Assembly: GCF_036321535.1 (NCBI RefSeq)
Contig: NC_087437.1
Span: forward strand, 63,490,001-63,554,000
Reading direction: 5' to 3'
DNA from: Camelus dromedarius
Lineage: Eukaryota
DNA length: 64,000 bases
The notes beneath the pieces were generated by a model. It searched no databases, was not told the origin of the DNA, and saw nothing but the letters and a program-made list of their open reading frames with translations. The position numbers were made by a program, and so were the translations under genes. Shown here piece after piece: positions 25,621 through 37,618 of this stretch. Positions within the stretch are counted from its first letter, which is position 1. Each line of letters opens with the position of its first letter.

Positions 25621-27032
25621 AAAGAGAACATGTTTGATTGTGTTTTTCAGCCTGGTGGGCAGTCAGACACACTTTGCACAAGGAGCAACTTTTGATTTCT
25701 TACCTGGCGTGGTTCTCTATGCAGATTCGGGTCCCTTTGGGCAGTGGGGCCTGGGAGGGACATTCTGCCATCACATAGCAAACTCACAGCTGCCCTCTGC
25801 CCCTTGTGCCAAGTATTTTTCAATGCATCCCAGAGACACTTTCCTGGCCATATTGATGCAGGCAGCCCGCAAGGTCCTGCTTTCAAAGCTGCACCTGCTC
25901 ACCCCCTCCCACACAGCCTGCCACCTGGGAGAGTCTAAGCAGAATGCATGCTTTGTGTGGTGACGTGCATTGGAGCAGGTGATCAGCGGCAGCCAGGAAA
26001 GACCAGTTAAGCCAAGGGAGCCAAGTGGAGATGTTCTCAGGTTGTTGGGACCCTGTGGTCACTTTTGCCCCACTCTGCTTTTAAACATAATTGCCTCATA
26101 TTCTCAGAGAGTCCTCCTAGGACAGGACATTTCCAGTACAATCTATAGCCAGTTTTTGAGCCTTGTGGCATCTAGACTCTGCTGTTTGAAGGGTTAGGAG
26201 ACATTGCCAAGTGCGTTGTTTAGGGAGGATCCCTCTGTTCCATCTCTTCTGCCAGTGAAGTATGTCTCTCTCTCCAGGTCCAACCATGACTGGCTAGAAA
26301 CTCAAGATTTATTATGCCAGATTTCTTTCCTTCCCGAAAGTTGTCCATGCCCTTGAAATTCCAGGGCTGCATTAGTCAGTGAGGTGGAAATCAAGGGGAT
26401 GGTCTCTTGTCTCAAAGGTGCATGTGGTATTATAGGAGTGGAATGATGGTGCAGATGAAACTACAGACTGGATATTTGTTTTAAAATGTGCTTTGTGATG
26501 TTACATAAAATCAAGGATCACTTTTCAAAAGGGGCTTACTCTTTAAATAAAAATAATAAGCCAGTTCAGCTCAGCAGAAGGTATTCTCAGTTTAAGTGTT
26601 AGGTTTTTATCTAATTATGAGTGTGATAATCGAAGTTGTCTATAAGAATTTGAGTTGTGTAAGACGAGGCTCAGCAAGCCCAGAGGTTCACAAGGAGTGA
26701 TATTTCTTAGGGCAGAAACAGTTTCACACTGTTAACAAAGCTGGGAGCTGAGTGGGTTCTAAGGTACCTTATAATAAGGAATTATGACTTTGAAGAAAAG
26801 AAGAGACAGAGGATCTAACCTTTAGAATTTATGAATGTGCTATTGTACACTTACTATCTCATTCGATCATAAACTTGTCCATGGAAGTGGATACTGACGT
26901 CATCCTATCTAACGGTTATGTGAACTGAGGGCCACATAAGCTAAGTGACTTGTCCAAGGTCAGGCAACGAGTGATTGGTGCAGCCTGCATCCACACACAG
27001 GTCTGTCTGATTCCAGATGCCATACACCTTCC

Positions 27033-27470
27033 TGAATCAGTCAGGACTCATGTTTGCAAGTGACAGAAACCAACTCCTTCTGGGTTAAGCAAAAGAAATG
27101 TATTGTCTTATATAACCGAGTTGATCCTGAGTCCACCATGGTTCTACCTGGCCATGCCTCCATCTCTTCTTCACTGTGTATGTGATGTCTTATTCTGAAA
27201 ATGGCTTTCTTCTCTTAGGTGGAGGCAAGAAAACGGGGTTTGGATGAGAGAGGATGGCTGTGAACAGATAACTTTAGGCTTACATCTTCTCAGTATGGGA
27301 TCCCTGCGAAGAGAGTTCATTCTCCCTTTATTCTAACTGAAATTGCAAGGAAGAGCTCTGATTGGCTGGCTTGGATCATATGCCCATTCTGGGAGGCCGA
27401 GCATTTTGGTCAGGAGGCAGCTGACTGATGCATCTCCACCATGCATCAGTGAGTGGAGAGGGAGCTTACA
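27033..27470. mobile_element. Old MaLR LTR (MLT1K/L-like)
   Basis: cagtcaggactcatgtttgcaagtgacagaaaccaactc...ttaagcaaaagaaatgtattg and ctctgattggctggcttggatcatatgccca motifs. Confidence 0.6.
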
Positions 27471-29259
27471 TGGGAAACGGTGGGCAGGAGATCCTGAGTG
27501 AATCAAACAAAACTAAGCCACAGCACTGATTTGTTAAACTTCTATGATACCACATGTGTCTTATTAATATTTTAATATATCTGAGAGTGTATCTCAGCTT
27601 GACAGTAGAAACTGGAGCGTGAGCTCCCAGGCCAGCCTACCCAGCTGGAGATGCCATGTCCTTGGAAGTGGTCACGAGAGGGGGTAAAGCCAGCACTCAG
27701 GACTTTGTGTAGAGAAGTTCCCAGTAAGACTGGAATTCCACTGCCATCCCACAGGGAATGGAGTTCAAACAGAAAGGCTTGTTTTTATAGGAAAACTCTG
27801 AATTTGGAAAAACTGGAAAAAAGAGAATCCAAGGGTTGCATGCATGGATAAGCTTTGGTTAGTTAAAAGGAAATTGATTTTTTTGTTTAAAAGATTCTAA
27901 AGGGCCTGAGGCGTAACCCAAGGCTGCCAAGCTATAACCTGCCTCGTGCTCTCATGGGGAGAACCCAGAACTTCTCAGGCTTGTAGATACAGAGGTGCCA
28001 GGGTATCTGTGTCTTGAGCCAGAGGAGAAGAAACTTGCCCTAGAAAATGAGAGTGGCTGTTCCCAAAGAGAGACTTTCAGCATCTGTCCCTGAGGACCCA
28101 GGAGGCCTTCGCTGGGCCAGACTGAGGAATGGTTCTCTACATTCTGCTTTTGTTTTTCATGGAATCACTTCTGTCCTTGCTGTTTCCCAACTTAGACTTT
28201 AGGGCCGGGAGCGTCCAGCACTTCAAGCCTCTCACTAATTGCTGTTTTTAGCTGGTATGATCTCTTCCCAGTGGATTCTGTGGGTTCCGTTAAGGCCTTT
28301 GACTGTTGGTAATGGGATTATTCAAAGCCTTAATTAAGCCCCTGCCTGTCCAATGGGCCGGGTGCCAGTTGCTGACACAGACCCAGGCCCTTCAGCTCGG
28401 TCATGCCATGCCCCTGGCTCACCCTTCACTCTTCACCCTCATAATAGACCCATGATGTAAGTTTCATAGGCATTGTTTGTAGTCTAAATTGCTTGGGGTG
28501 TTAATGTTTTAATTCTCCTTTCTGTGCATCTGTGTCCACTTGTTATCTGGGTGAGTTTATTTTGGAGATGGGGCAGAGGATTCCTCAGCACTATTGGTTT
28601 ACTTCCTGTTGTTTTTCAATTTTTAAATCACTAACCATGGTCTAGTGATTTATCATAGGAGAATGTATTCACTATAGAAGAAGCTGCCTTGAAACAGGGG
28701 AAAGAGTTCAGGGTGGTGTGCTACAAGAAATCAGAGTAAGTGTTTAGACAGTCGTGTTGCAGAATCAGCTTTGTCCAGCTTTGGAGAGACATCTGTCTGA
28801 CAGGTTTCCTTAATGTCGCATCCTTCAGGCTCAGCATTGATTTAGTCACTCAACAGGATTCAGACAAAGACATATTGACAGCCCTCTGTTCTGTTGTTCC
28901 TGGCCATAAGGATTTCTCAGCTCACTGCTCTCAGCTTCTTTGTGTATCTCTCTAACTCTGCAGTATCCTGCTGGGCAGTCTTCTTTCCCCCTGGCCTTAG
29001 GATAATCCCGGTTTCTCTCCTTTTGGTTTCTGTCCTCTGACGTGGGCAGAGCCTCTGTTTCATCTCCTGCCCAGCTCTGCGCTGCAGCTGTGTGGGCTTG
29101 CAGTGTGCAAACAGGGACAGGCCCACCCAGGAACAAAAGACATGCAGGAGGTCATCAAAACAGCACCCTCACCCCCTTTCTACTACTCACCGAAGCTAAG
29201 AAAGCAGATGTGCTGCTCTAAGTCTTGTAGTGGGTGTGGCGACTGGAGAAGCTGGCACT

Positions 29260-29293
29260 GCTCTGGGCTTCCGCTCTGGGCTTCCGCTCTGGG
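29260..29293. repeat. 13-bp tandem repeat gctctgggcttcc, about 2.6 copies
   Basis: Directly visible. Confidence 0.9.
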
Positions 29294-30161
29294 AGCCTGG
29301 CCCGGGCAACCTGGAATTGACTGAAAGCCCTACACACACGTCAGAGAAAAACCAAGAGACGGCATGCTCTTAAGAAGGTTTTACTTTCCATCATTAAGTA
29401 GATCTCAAGACAGCACCAGGTCCTACAGACTCTCCAGCACAACAGGCAGGTTTAACGTGGCAGCGAACAGCTGCCCGCCTGCAGCCCAGCTTTCCCCTCA
29501 CTGTCCAACACACGCAGATGAGTCCCGTTCCTTTTAGAGGCTTTTCGAGGCCATCAAGTTTCTTGAGGACATTCTACGTGCTGGAGCCCAGTTTGACTAT
29601 TTTAAATTACTACAGGGGTTATGGTTATTGTATCTTTATTTTTATGGCACATTGTCGGTTATGCCCTTGATTTATTTGCTCCTGGGCTTTTGTTCAAGAA
29701 CACAACCTCCCAATTAAATGTGGTTCCTGTGGCAAAAATATGATTCTCCATAGCATGACCCTCTTCGGGGCCATTTCCAAAACCTCATTCTGGTGAGAAG
29801 TCAGGACTGCCTGCTCATGTTCATAATGATTTCTCCTTGTGGTCACTTGGTTTCCCCTTATGGAGGGTTAGAGGGTATTAAGGCTGTGGGCTGGGCCCAG
29901 AGGAGACTGAGGAGAGGAAAGAATCTCCCGCCAGGAGCTAAGTGGGTCACTGTTTAGAACCAGACTACTTCAGGGATGGAAGGCACCTGAGATATTAAGA
30001 GCTGTTTTCTCTCCAATGAAGGGAGGAAATCACAACCTGAAGAGGATGGGAAGCAGAGCCAGACCCAGGACTCAGGCCCAGCTCTTACACTGTCTGTCCT
30101 CTCAGTTCCACATGACCCTCCTGGGGGTGTCTTGGGCAGCCACCTGGTACCCATCCTTATC

Positions 30162-30518
30162 TGTCTTAGACCTTGGGGTATTTCTGCTATAACAGAAATA
30201 CCACAGACTGGGTGGTTTAAACAACAGAAATTCATTTCTCCCAGTTTTGGTGTCTGGGAAGTCCAAAATCAAGGCACCAGCAGATTCAGTGTCTGGTCCT
30301 GCTTCCTGGTTCATAGCTGGCCAGCCTTCTCTCTGTCCTCACATGGGAGAAGGAGAGAGAGAGCTCTCTGGGCCCACTTTTATACAAGCACTAATCCCAT
30401 TCATGGGGGCTCCACTCTCATGACCTAATCACCTCCAAAAGCCCCACTTCCTAATATAATCACATTGAAGGGTAGGATTTCAACACGCATTTAGGAAAGA
30501 CACATTCAGTCTATTGCA
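30162..30518 (-). mobile_element. MaLR solo LTR (MLT1A-like)
   Basis: tgtcttag...ctgctataacagaaataccacagactgggtggtttaaacaacagaaatt...catgacctaatcacctcc...cattcagtctattgca; TG...CA ends. Confidence 0.85.
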
Positions 30519-32640
30519 CCAGCCTCCTGTTATTCTAAGGAAACGGCCCAGGACTTGTATGGCATGGCCATAACTTTTGTGAGCCCTTTGGCTTTTTCCC
30601 AAAGTGGGAGCAGATACTACTTTAACCTAGAGGAGATTTAGGGTCTATTAGAGATAGACACTTATCAATGCTTTGGGTTCTACAGTATTTGCCTCACCAA
30701 AGACATGAATTCACAATGAGGCACAGAGACAACTACTCAACTTGGAGACCAACATTGTGATCCCAGATCTGCCACTTAATTTGCCATGTGAGATCACTGG
30801 CAAATCACCCACTTCCCTAGGTCTCTTTCCTCAGCTCTCTGGGCTCAGTAATATGATTGATTGGCTTTGCATGCTGTCACGGACACTGTTGGTGCCCCAC
30901 CCAGACGCCCTTCACCAGGCTGCTACACCCATGCCCAGCTGCTGTGAGTGTTGGCTAAGGGGTCACAGGTAGGGCTCCTGAATCCCTATCTCAGGGTCTG
31001 CTTCTGGGGAATCCGACCCAGGACACCTCCCTTATTGTGTCACAAGAATCAAGTAAGATTCTGTATGTGGAAGCCCTCTGAGAACTAAAGTATCACTTTT
31101 ATTGTGGTTTTAGACTAGGCTGTAAAAATCCCAGCTGTGGCTTCTTGGCTGAAGGCCCATGATGAAGGCAGATAAGGCGTCCAGGGAGGGCAGGGCCATT
31201 GTCACGCACACAGAGATGTTCATTCAGGCTTCTCTTCTTTCCCCACCCAGAAGCCCAGGATAGTGGGCAGACAATAAAAAATACTTGAAGTTGAATAATT
31301 TTTAGGTACAGTTAGGTAGTGGCTGAACCAGTTTTTCCATATTGGGAGGATAAGAATTGGAGCTGCAAATCATTCAGACCTTGGAATGGAAAAAGGTCAC
31401 AGAAATTCCTGCATTTGCTTCAGACTCAGGGTGTGCAAAAGTCCATTGCAAACTGCAGCTTCCTAAGTGGTGCCAGTTTCAGCATATTTAAAAATCCCTG
31501 GATATTTATTTTGGTCTGTAAGGGCACTTAGGAGGTAAATTTGGTGATGTGGGGTGGAGGGAAATGTAAATGTATGTAGAAAATAAAAGGAAAAGGAAAA
31601 TGGAAAGGGAAAGAAGGGCCTATGTCCCTGAGGTCGGGAACACTTGCAGCGTCCCCAGTTAATCATTGATGCCTCAGGCCCTGATGGCCACAGAGTTGGC
31701 ACTGCTGCAGGGGGCCAGAGTACTTGCAGTGGAATGCCAAGAATGCCTTTGGGGAAGTTAATGATTCATCTCCTCCCAGTCCTAGGGCTCTGCACTCCCT
31801 TTCTCTGAAGCTGATGACAGAAGGCTATCTGATCATCTTCTGGAGGTTAGGCTGGCCCTGCTTAAAGAGGTGAAGGAGAAAATAATGACAACTTGCAAAT
31901 TCACTACCTGAGCTGACTTCCAAGGGGCTTCCTTCTGTAGGAAAGAGTTTCTTTTCTCACTTGTTTTGGGAAAATATGCTTTCACAGGGAAAAAGAATGC
32001 TCTAATAGAATGGTTGTCTGATACTCCTTTGCATGAAACTTTGGGCCAGGATAATGCCACAAGATGACATGTTTTACATGGATATGTGGCATTCGCCACC
32101 TTCAAACATGCATAATGTTTGTTTGTATGCCACTTTAATTTCCATTTCTAGATTTAAGTATCTTGAGGGCCTCCGCAAATTAATGGCTGTTATACATTCA
32201 TTACACAGACATGCTAATATAAAAGGAGCACATTTTCATTTGAATTTTTTTTTCTTTTACCAAAGCCAGGCATTTGCAGAAATATCAGAAAATGATAGTT
32301 AGTAAAAGGAAAAGAGGAGAGACCCAGAGACAACCAGTGTTAACGTTTTGTTTCATATTATAATAGACATACATTATAATATGACCGTGGTCCCCTTCAA
32401 CACCACCACCCTCAGACAGGATGTATGTGCTTGGTGACGCTGCAATGGCCCAGGCATGACTACACAGCCACCTCGCCTCCCCTTTCTTCCACATGCTGGT
32501 AAAGCATTCTCTCTGACCTTGCTGAGGTGTGTGAAGAGGAATATTGCTGTAGGCCATTGAAGGATTTCTTTGTAAATGCAGTTTGGGGTCATCCAGCAAA
32601 TTCAGAGTTTGCTTCAATCGTATCCATGCTCTCTTATCTT

Positions 32641-34211
32641 TTTTTTTTTTTAACATTTTTTATTGATTTATAATCATTTTACAATGTTGTGTCAAATTCC
32701 AGTGTAGAGCACAATTTTTCAGTAATACATGAACATATATATATTCATTGTCACATTTTTTTCTCTGTGAGCTACCATAAGATCTTGTATATATTTCCCT
32801 GTGCTATACAGTATAATCTTGTTTATCTATTCTACAATTTTGAAATCCTGTCTATCCCTTCCCACCCTCCGCCCCCTTGGCAACCACAAGTTTGTATTCT
32901 ATGTCTATGAGTCTATTTCTGTTTTGTGTTTATGCTTTTTTTGTTTTTGTTTTTGTTTTTTAGATTCCACATATGAGTGATCTCATATGGTATTTTTATT
33001 TCTCTTTCTGGCTTATTTCCCTTAGAATGACATTCTCCAGGAGCATCCATGTTGCTGCAAATGGCGTTATGTTGTCAGTTTTTATGGCTGAGTAGTATTC
33101 CATTGTATAAATATACCACTTCTTCTTTATCCAGTCATCCGTTGATGGACATTTAGGCTGTTTCCATGTCTTGGCTATTGTAAATAGTGCTGCTATGACC
33201 ATTGGGGTGCAGGTGTCATCCTGAAGTAGGGTTCCTTCTGGATATAAGCCCAGGAGTGGGATTCCTGGGTCATATGGTAAGTCTATTCCTAGTCTTTTGA
33301 GGAATCTCCACACTGTTTTCCATAGTGGCTGCACCAAACTGCATTTCCACCAGCAGTGAAGGAGGGTTCCCCTTTCTCCACAGCCTCTCCAGTGTTTGTC
33401 ATTTGTGGATTTTTGAATGATGGCCATTCTGACTGGTGTGAGGTGATACCTCATTGTAGTTTTGATTTGCATTTCTCTGATAATTAGTGATACTGAGCAT
33501 TTTTTCATTTGCTTATTGATCATTTGTATGTCTCCCTTGGAGAATTGCTTGTTCAGGTCTTTTTCCCATCTTTGGATTGGGTTGTTTGTTGTTTCTTATT
33601 AAGTCATATGAGCTGCTTATATATTCTGGAGATCAAGCCTTTGTCGGTTTCATTTGTGAAGATTTTCTCCCATTCCGTAGGTTGTCTTTTTGTTTTACTT
33701 ATGGTTTCCTTTGCTGTGCAGAAGCTTGTAAGTTTCATTAGGTCCCATTTGTTTATTCTTGCTTTTATTTCTACTAGGAGAAAATTTTTGAGATGTATGT
33801 CAGATAATGTTTTGCCTATGTTTTCCTCTAGGAGGTTTATTGTATCTTGTCTCATGTTTAAGTCTTTCATCCATTTTGGGTTTATTTTTGTGTATGGAGT
33901 AGGGGAGTGTTCTAGCTTCATTGTTTTACATGCTGCTGTCCAGTTTTCCCAACACCATTTGCTGAAGAGACTGTCTTTATTCCATTGTATATTGTTGCCT
34001 CCTTTGTCGAAGATTAGTTGACCAAAAGTTTGTGGGTTCATTTCTGGGCTCTCTATTCTGTTCCATTGGTCTATATGTCTGTTTTTGTACCAATACCATG
34101 CTGTCTTGATGACTGTAGCTCTATAGTATTGTCTGAAATCTGGAAGAGTTATTCCTCCAGCCTCTTTCTTTCTCTTCAGTAATGCTTTGGCAATTCTAGG
34201 TCTTTGATGGT
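32641..34211 (-). mobile_element. Young 5'-truncated LINE-1 (ORF2 C-terminal region, 3' UTR, polyA)
   Basis: ORFs 32996-33523 and 33604-34041 encode the L1 ORF2 C-terminus (CWRGCGE-type Cys-rich region, [15 protein letters not shown]); perfect 16-bp TSD catgctctcttatctt at 32625-32640 and 34212-34227. Confidence 0.96.
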
Positions 34212-34638
34212 CATGCTCTCTTATCTTGGGAGTGAGTAAAAGCTGCTGCTCCTACCTATATATAATGCAAGCAGCTTCTTTCTTGGGAGGTTTCTGTGAT
34301 GTCTTCTGTGCTTTTCCTGTGCTAAAGTCCCCCAATTCTGGGTCCCAGGCTGTGCATTGATTGGCCAGTCTGAGCCCTGGCCCCTCTGAAGATGAGTCCA
34401 TTCTGACGGGCCTGTTGAGTTTCAGGGGTTTGAGGGCCCTTAGGGAACTTTCTCTGAAACTCAGAGTGATTTCTTTTCTTGGAAAATCTCTCTCTTCATT
34501 TTCCCCTCTTTGGGGAAATATCTTCTCTCTAAACAAGTTGCTATGAGGCTTAGATATGTTAAATATTTAGAAAAGTGCTTAACACTTAGCACTCAACAGA
34601 TGTTAGCTGCTAACTCTGTGAAAAAGAGGGGTCTAGGG

Positions 34639-34985
34639 CAGCAATGCCTGATAGAAACACCAAACAAGGCATGTATGTAGCTGTACCTTTCCTAGTAACC
34701 ACATTAAAAAAGAGAAAGACAACAACTGAAATTAGTTTTAACAATATATTTTATTTAACCCAATATGTCAAATTTAATTGAACTCAGGACCTCGTGCATG
34801 CTCTACCACTGAGCTAGACAACTCCCCCTCCAGTATTTTTAAATTACCAAGATAGTTTACATTTTTTCAAGAATTCATCTTTTTGAATTCTTCAAAACCC
34901 CGTGTATAATTTACATTTACAGTGCAACTCAGTTAGGACCAGCCACATTTCAAGTGCTCAGTGGCTGCCAAACCGGGCAGCTCAG
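34639..34985. mobile_element. hAT-Charlie MITE (MER3-like)
   Basis: ccacattaaaaaag...ttttatttaacccaatat and ccagccacatttcaagtgctcagt motifs; 8-bp hAT-type TSD gtctaggg (34631-34638) and gtctagaa (34986-34993). Confidence 0.75.
34777..34831 (-). mobile_element. Truncated tRNA-derived SINE head inserted in a MER3-like element
   Basis: Reverse complement ggagggggagttgtctagctcagtggtagagcatgcacgaggtcctgagttcaat has A and B boxes with an internal deletion. Confidence 0.75.
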
Positions 34986-34993
34986 GTCTAGAA

Positions 34994-35280
34994 ACTTGCT
35001 ACTCGAGGTGGGATCTAGGGACCAGAAATATCAGCATCATCTGAGAGCCTGTCTGAACTGCAAACTCTCAAGCCCACCCCAGCCCTATAGAAGCAGAACC
35101 TGCATTTTAACAAGTGATTCATTTGCATGTTAGAGTGGAAGCACTGGGCTAGAGTCCCTATGCTCAGTCCCCACCCCTGGGATTCTGACTTAGTTGGTCC
35201 AGCGTTGGGCCTGGGCACTATTATTGCTTTAAAGCTCCCCCTGGTGATTGTAATCATGCAGCCAAGCTTGAGAGACACTT
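34994..35280. mobile_element. Two adjacent MER5-like hAT-Charlie relics
   Basis: cagcatcatctgagagcctg...agaacctgcattttaacaag and gattctgacttagttggtc...ctggtgattgtaatcatgcagccaagcttgaga motifs. Confidence 0.65.
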
Positions 35281-35287
35281 GTGTGAT

Positions 35288-35485
35288 AGGCTCTGAAGCC
35301 AGGATGCCTGACTTTACCACTTTCTACCTTCAAGACCTTGGGAAATCTACCCAAACTACCAATTTCCTTACCTCTAAAATGGAGATGAAAGTAGTATTTG
35401 CTTCAAGACTTGTTATGAGGATTAAATGAGTTAGCACATGCATAGCACCCAGAACAGTACCTGACATGTGGGGAATACTCTGTAC
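35288..35485 (+). mobile_element. MIR SINE immediately upstream of the first MYLK exon in the window
   Basis: gaccttgggaaat...tttccttacctctaaaatggagatga...gttatgaggattaaatgag...cagtacctgacatgt core MIR motifs. Confidence 0.75.
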
Positions 35486-35520
35486 ATACAAGCTCTCACC
35501 CTTTCTTCTTTTCCTTGAAG

Positions 35521-35728
35521 GTCCGGGGTTACCCAGAGCCCCAGGTGACGTGGCACAGAAACGGACAGCCCATCACCGGTGGGGGCCGCTTCCTGCTGGA
35601 CTGTGGTACCCGGGGGACTTTCAGCCTTGTGATTCATGCTGTCCGTGAGGAGGACAAGGGAAAGTACACCTGTGAAGCCACCAATGGTAGTGGTGCCCGC
35701 CAGGTGACAGTGGAGTTGACGGTGGAAG
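35521..35728 (+). CDS. MYLK: MYLK coding exon (human exon 5 equivalent), remainder of first Ig domain; 208 nt, phase 0 to 1
   Basis: Translates VRGYPEPQVTWHRNGQPITGGGRFLLDCGTRGTFSLVIHAVREEDKGKYTCEATNGSGARQVTVELTVE, near-identical to recalled human long MLCK; acceptor ctttcttcttttccttgaag, donor G/gtgagt. Confidence 0.97.
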
Positions 35729-37251
35729 GTGAGTACCAGGAGGTGAAAGCTCTGGGGACAGATGAGCCATCAGTTTCCCCATGGCCTGCGGCTCCTGCTT
35801 CAGCCCTCTCTCGGCAGAGGAACCCACAAGAGAAAGAACACTCATCCCTAAACTCAGGGCCTTTTAATCTGATGGGAGAAATGTGGTCCCTGGCACAAGG
35901 GAGGCCTCCCAGGAGATACTGTCATGCTACACACCACGTTACTTTCCTGCTGCAGCCCTGCCTAGGCTTCCCTGCACACAGACTTAGACGGGACTCCCAT
36001 CACGGCTTTACAAAGCCTGGCCCGCTCTGGCCCTGGCCTGGCTCTCCAGACCCATCCCCTACCGCTCCTCATCCTGCTCACTCCCCTGGACTCCAGCTGG
36101 CCCACTGCTCGTCCTGGTGCAAGGCCTCAGGGCCATCACAAGGCTGTTCCCTGAGTAAAGAAGAGTTCTTCCCGCAGCCCTGCCCCTGACTCCTCCCCTC
36201 ACTTTCCTCAGGTCTCCGCTCCTTGGAGGGACCTCCCCTCCTTAGAGAACCCCCTCTGACCACCCCATCCCCAGGACTTCCCATCCTCTCACAACACCTG
36301 AACTTTTTCTTCTAGGGCAATCACTGTCTCCCTTTTTATGATCTCCTCCACCCCTGACCAGTAACTGAAAGCTCTAAGAGAAGGCGGATGTTATCCTGGT
36401 TACCGCTTATCTCCAGCATCTAGAAAACTTCCTGGCTCATGCCAGATACTGAATTACTTGGAGAATGAACAATGTTTATCATCTTAATTATAAAGTAATA
36501 CATGCTCATCATAAAAACTTTGTAAAGCTCAGAAAAATATATAGGAGATAAACATACCAGTGTGTTAACACTGAGTAGTTACTTTTTCTTTTTATTTTTT
36601 TCCTCCTTTGTACTTAAAAAAATTCTATTAACTTTGTTAACTTCAGAAGTTCCAGGAAAAACATTTGATCAAAGGAAGTTAGAGGGGGAAGCTGCCAGTG
36701 TATCTCCCACATGCTGAAGCTGCCCCACTGGTGAGAATATTTCCATCTCAGGCCACTGGCTGCTGCTTAAAGGCTTGATGTCTGAAACAACATGGGGGCC
36801 TGTCAGACCCTCAGAAGTGTGACAAGGTTTTCCCCCACCCTTCCAGGCCTTTCTAAGGGCTTATAAACCAGAGGGTCAGACTCATTTTCTTCTCTCTCAG
36901 AAAACTATCTCCCAACCTGGTTTTCAGGGGACATTATGTGCCAGGGAAGGTTCCAGAATGGGGTGAGGTGCACCTGGGCCAATGTTTTTCCTGTTTGCCT
37001 GCATCGTGGAAGGACAGGCTGGCTGTTTCACAGAACAGAATGTGCATAGTTTGGATGCTTTCCCGAAATTCTTTAACTGAGTGACTCATTCCTTTTAATG
37101 ACCTTCAAGTGCCTGTGGGCTGGGGCATTCCACGTGGAAAGTGGCCCCTGGTCAGAGTCTCTGAATGGCCCTCATCTTGGCTGGTTCTGGTCTCCCCTGC
37201 AACTTGCACTTCTCAGTGCCTGAACTTTGAGGTGAGGCCCACAGATCCCCT

Positions 37252-37618
37252 TATATTAGTCAGCTCAGGCTGCCATAACGAGATAGCACAGACCATGACT
37301 TATATAACAGAAATTAATTTTCTTACAGTTCTGGAGCCTGAAAGTCCAAGATCAAGGTCCAGCAGGGTTCGGTTTCTGGTGAAGGCTCTCCTCCTGGTTT
37401 GCAGACAGCCACCTTATTGCTGTGTCCTCACATGGTAGAGAGGAGGCGCTCTGGTGCCCCTTCCTCTTCTTATAAGGGCACCAGCCCTATTGGATGAGAG
37501 CCCCTCCTTATGACCTCATTGAACCTTTGTCACCTCCTTACAGGCCCTGTCTCCAAATACAGTCACACTGGGGGTTAGAGCTTCAACTTGTGTGGAGACG
37601 CAGTTTTAGTCTGTAACA
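37252..37618 (-). mobile_element. MaLR solo LTR (MLT1-type)
   Basis: tattagtcagctcaggctgccataac...aagtccaagatcaagg...ccaaatacagtcacactgggggttag...tctgtaaca; 5-bp TSD cccct/cccgt. Confidence 0.85.

Noticed and set aside
33509..34021. Plus-strand hydrophobic ORFs (also 59112-59621)
   Set aside because: Antisense shadow frames of L1 ORF2
1..35520. MYLK start-codon exon (MGDVKLV...)
   Set aside because: No matching sequence found by eye; it probably lies upstream of the window, so this whole stretch is treated as intron
35515..36189. 224-aa ORF as a standalone gene
   Set aside because: Only 35521-35728 matches MYLK; the rest is read-through past a consensus GT donor into intron
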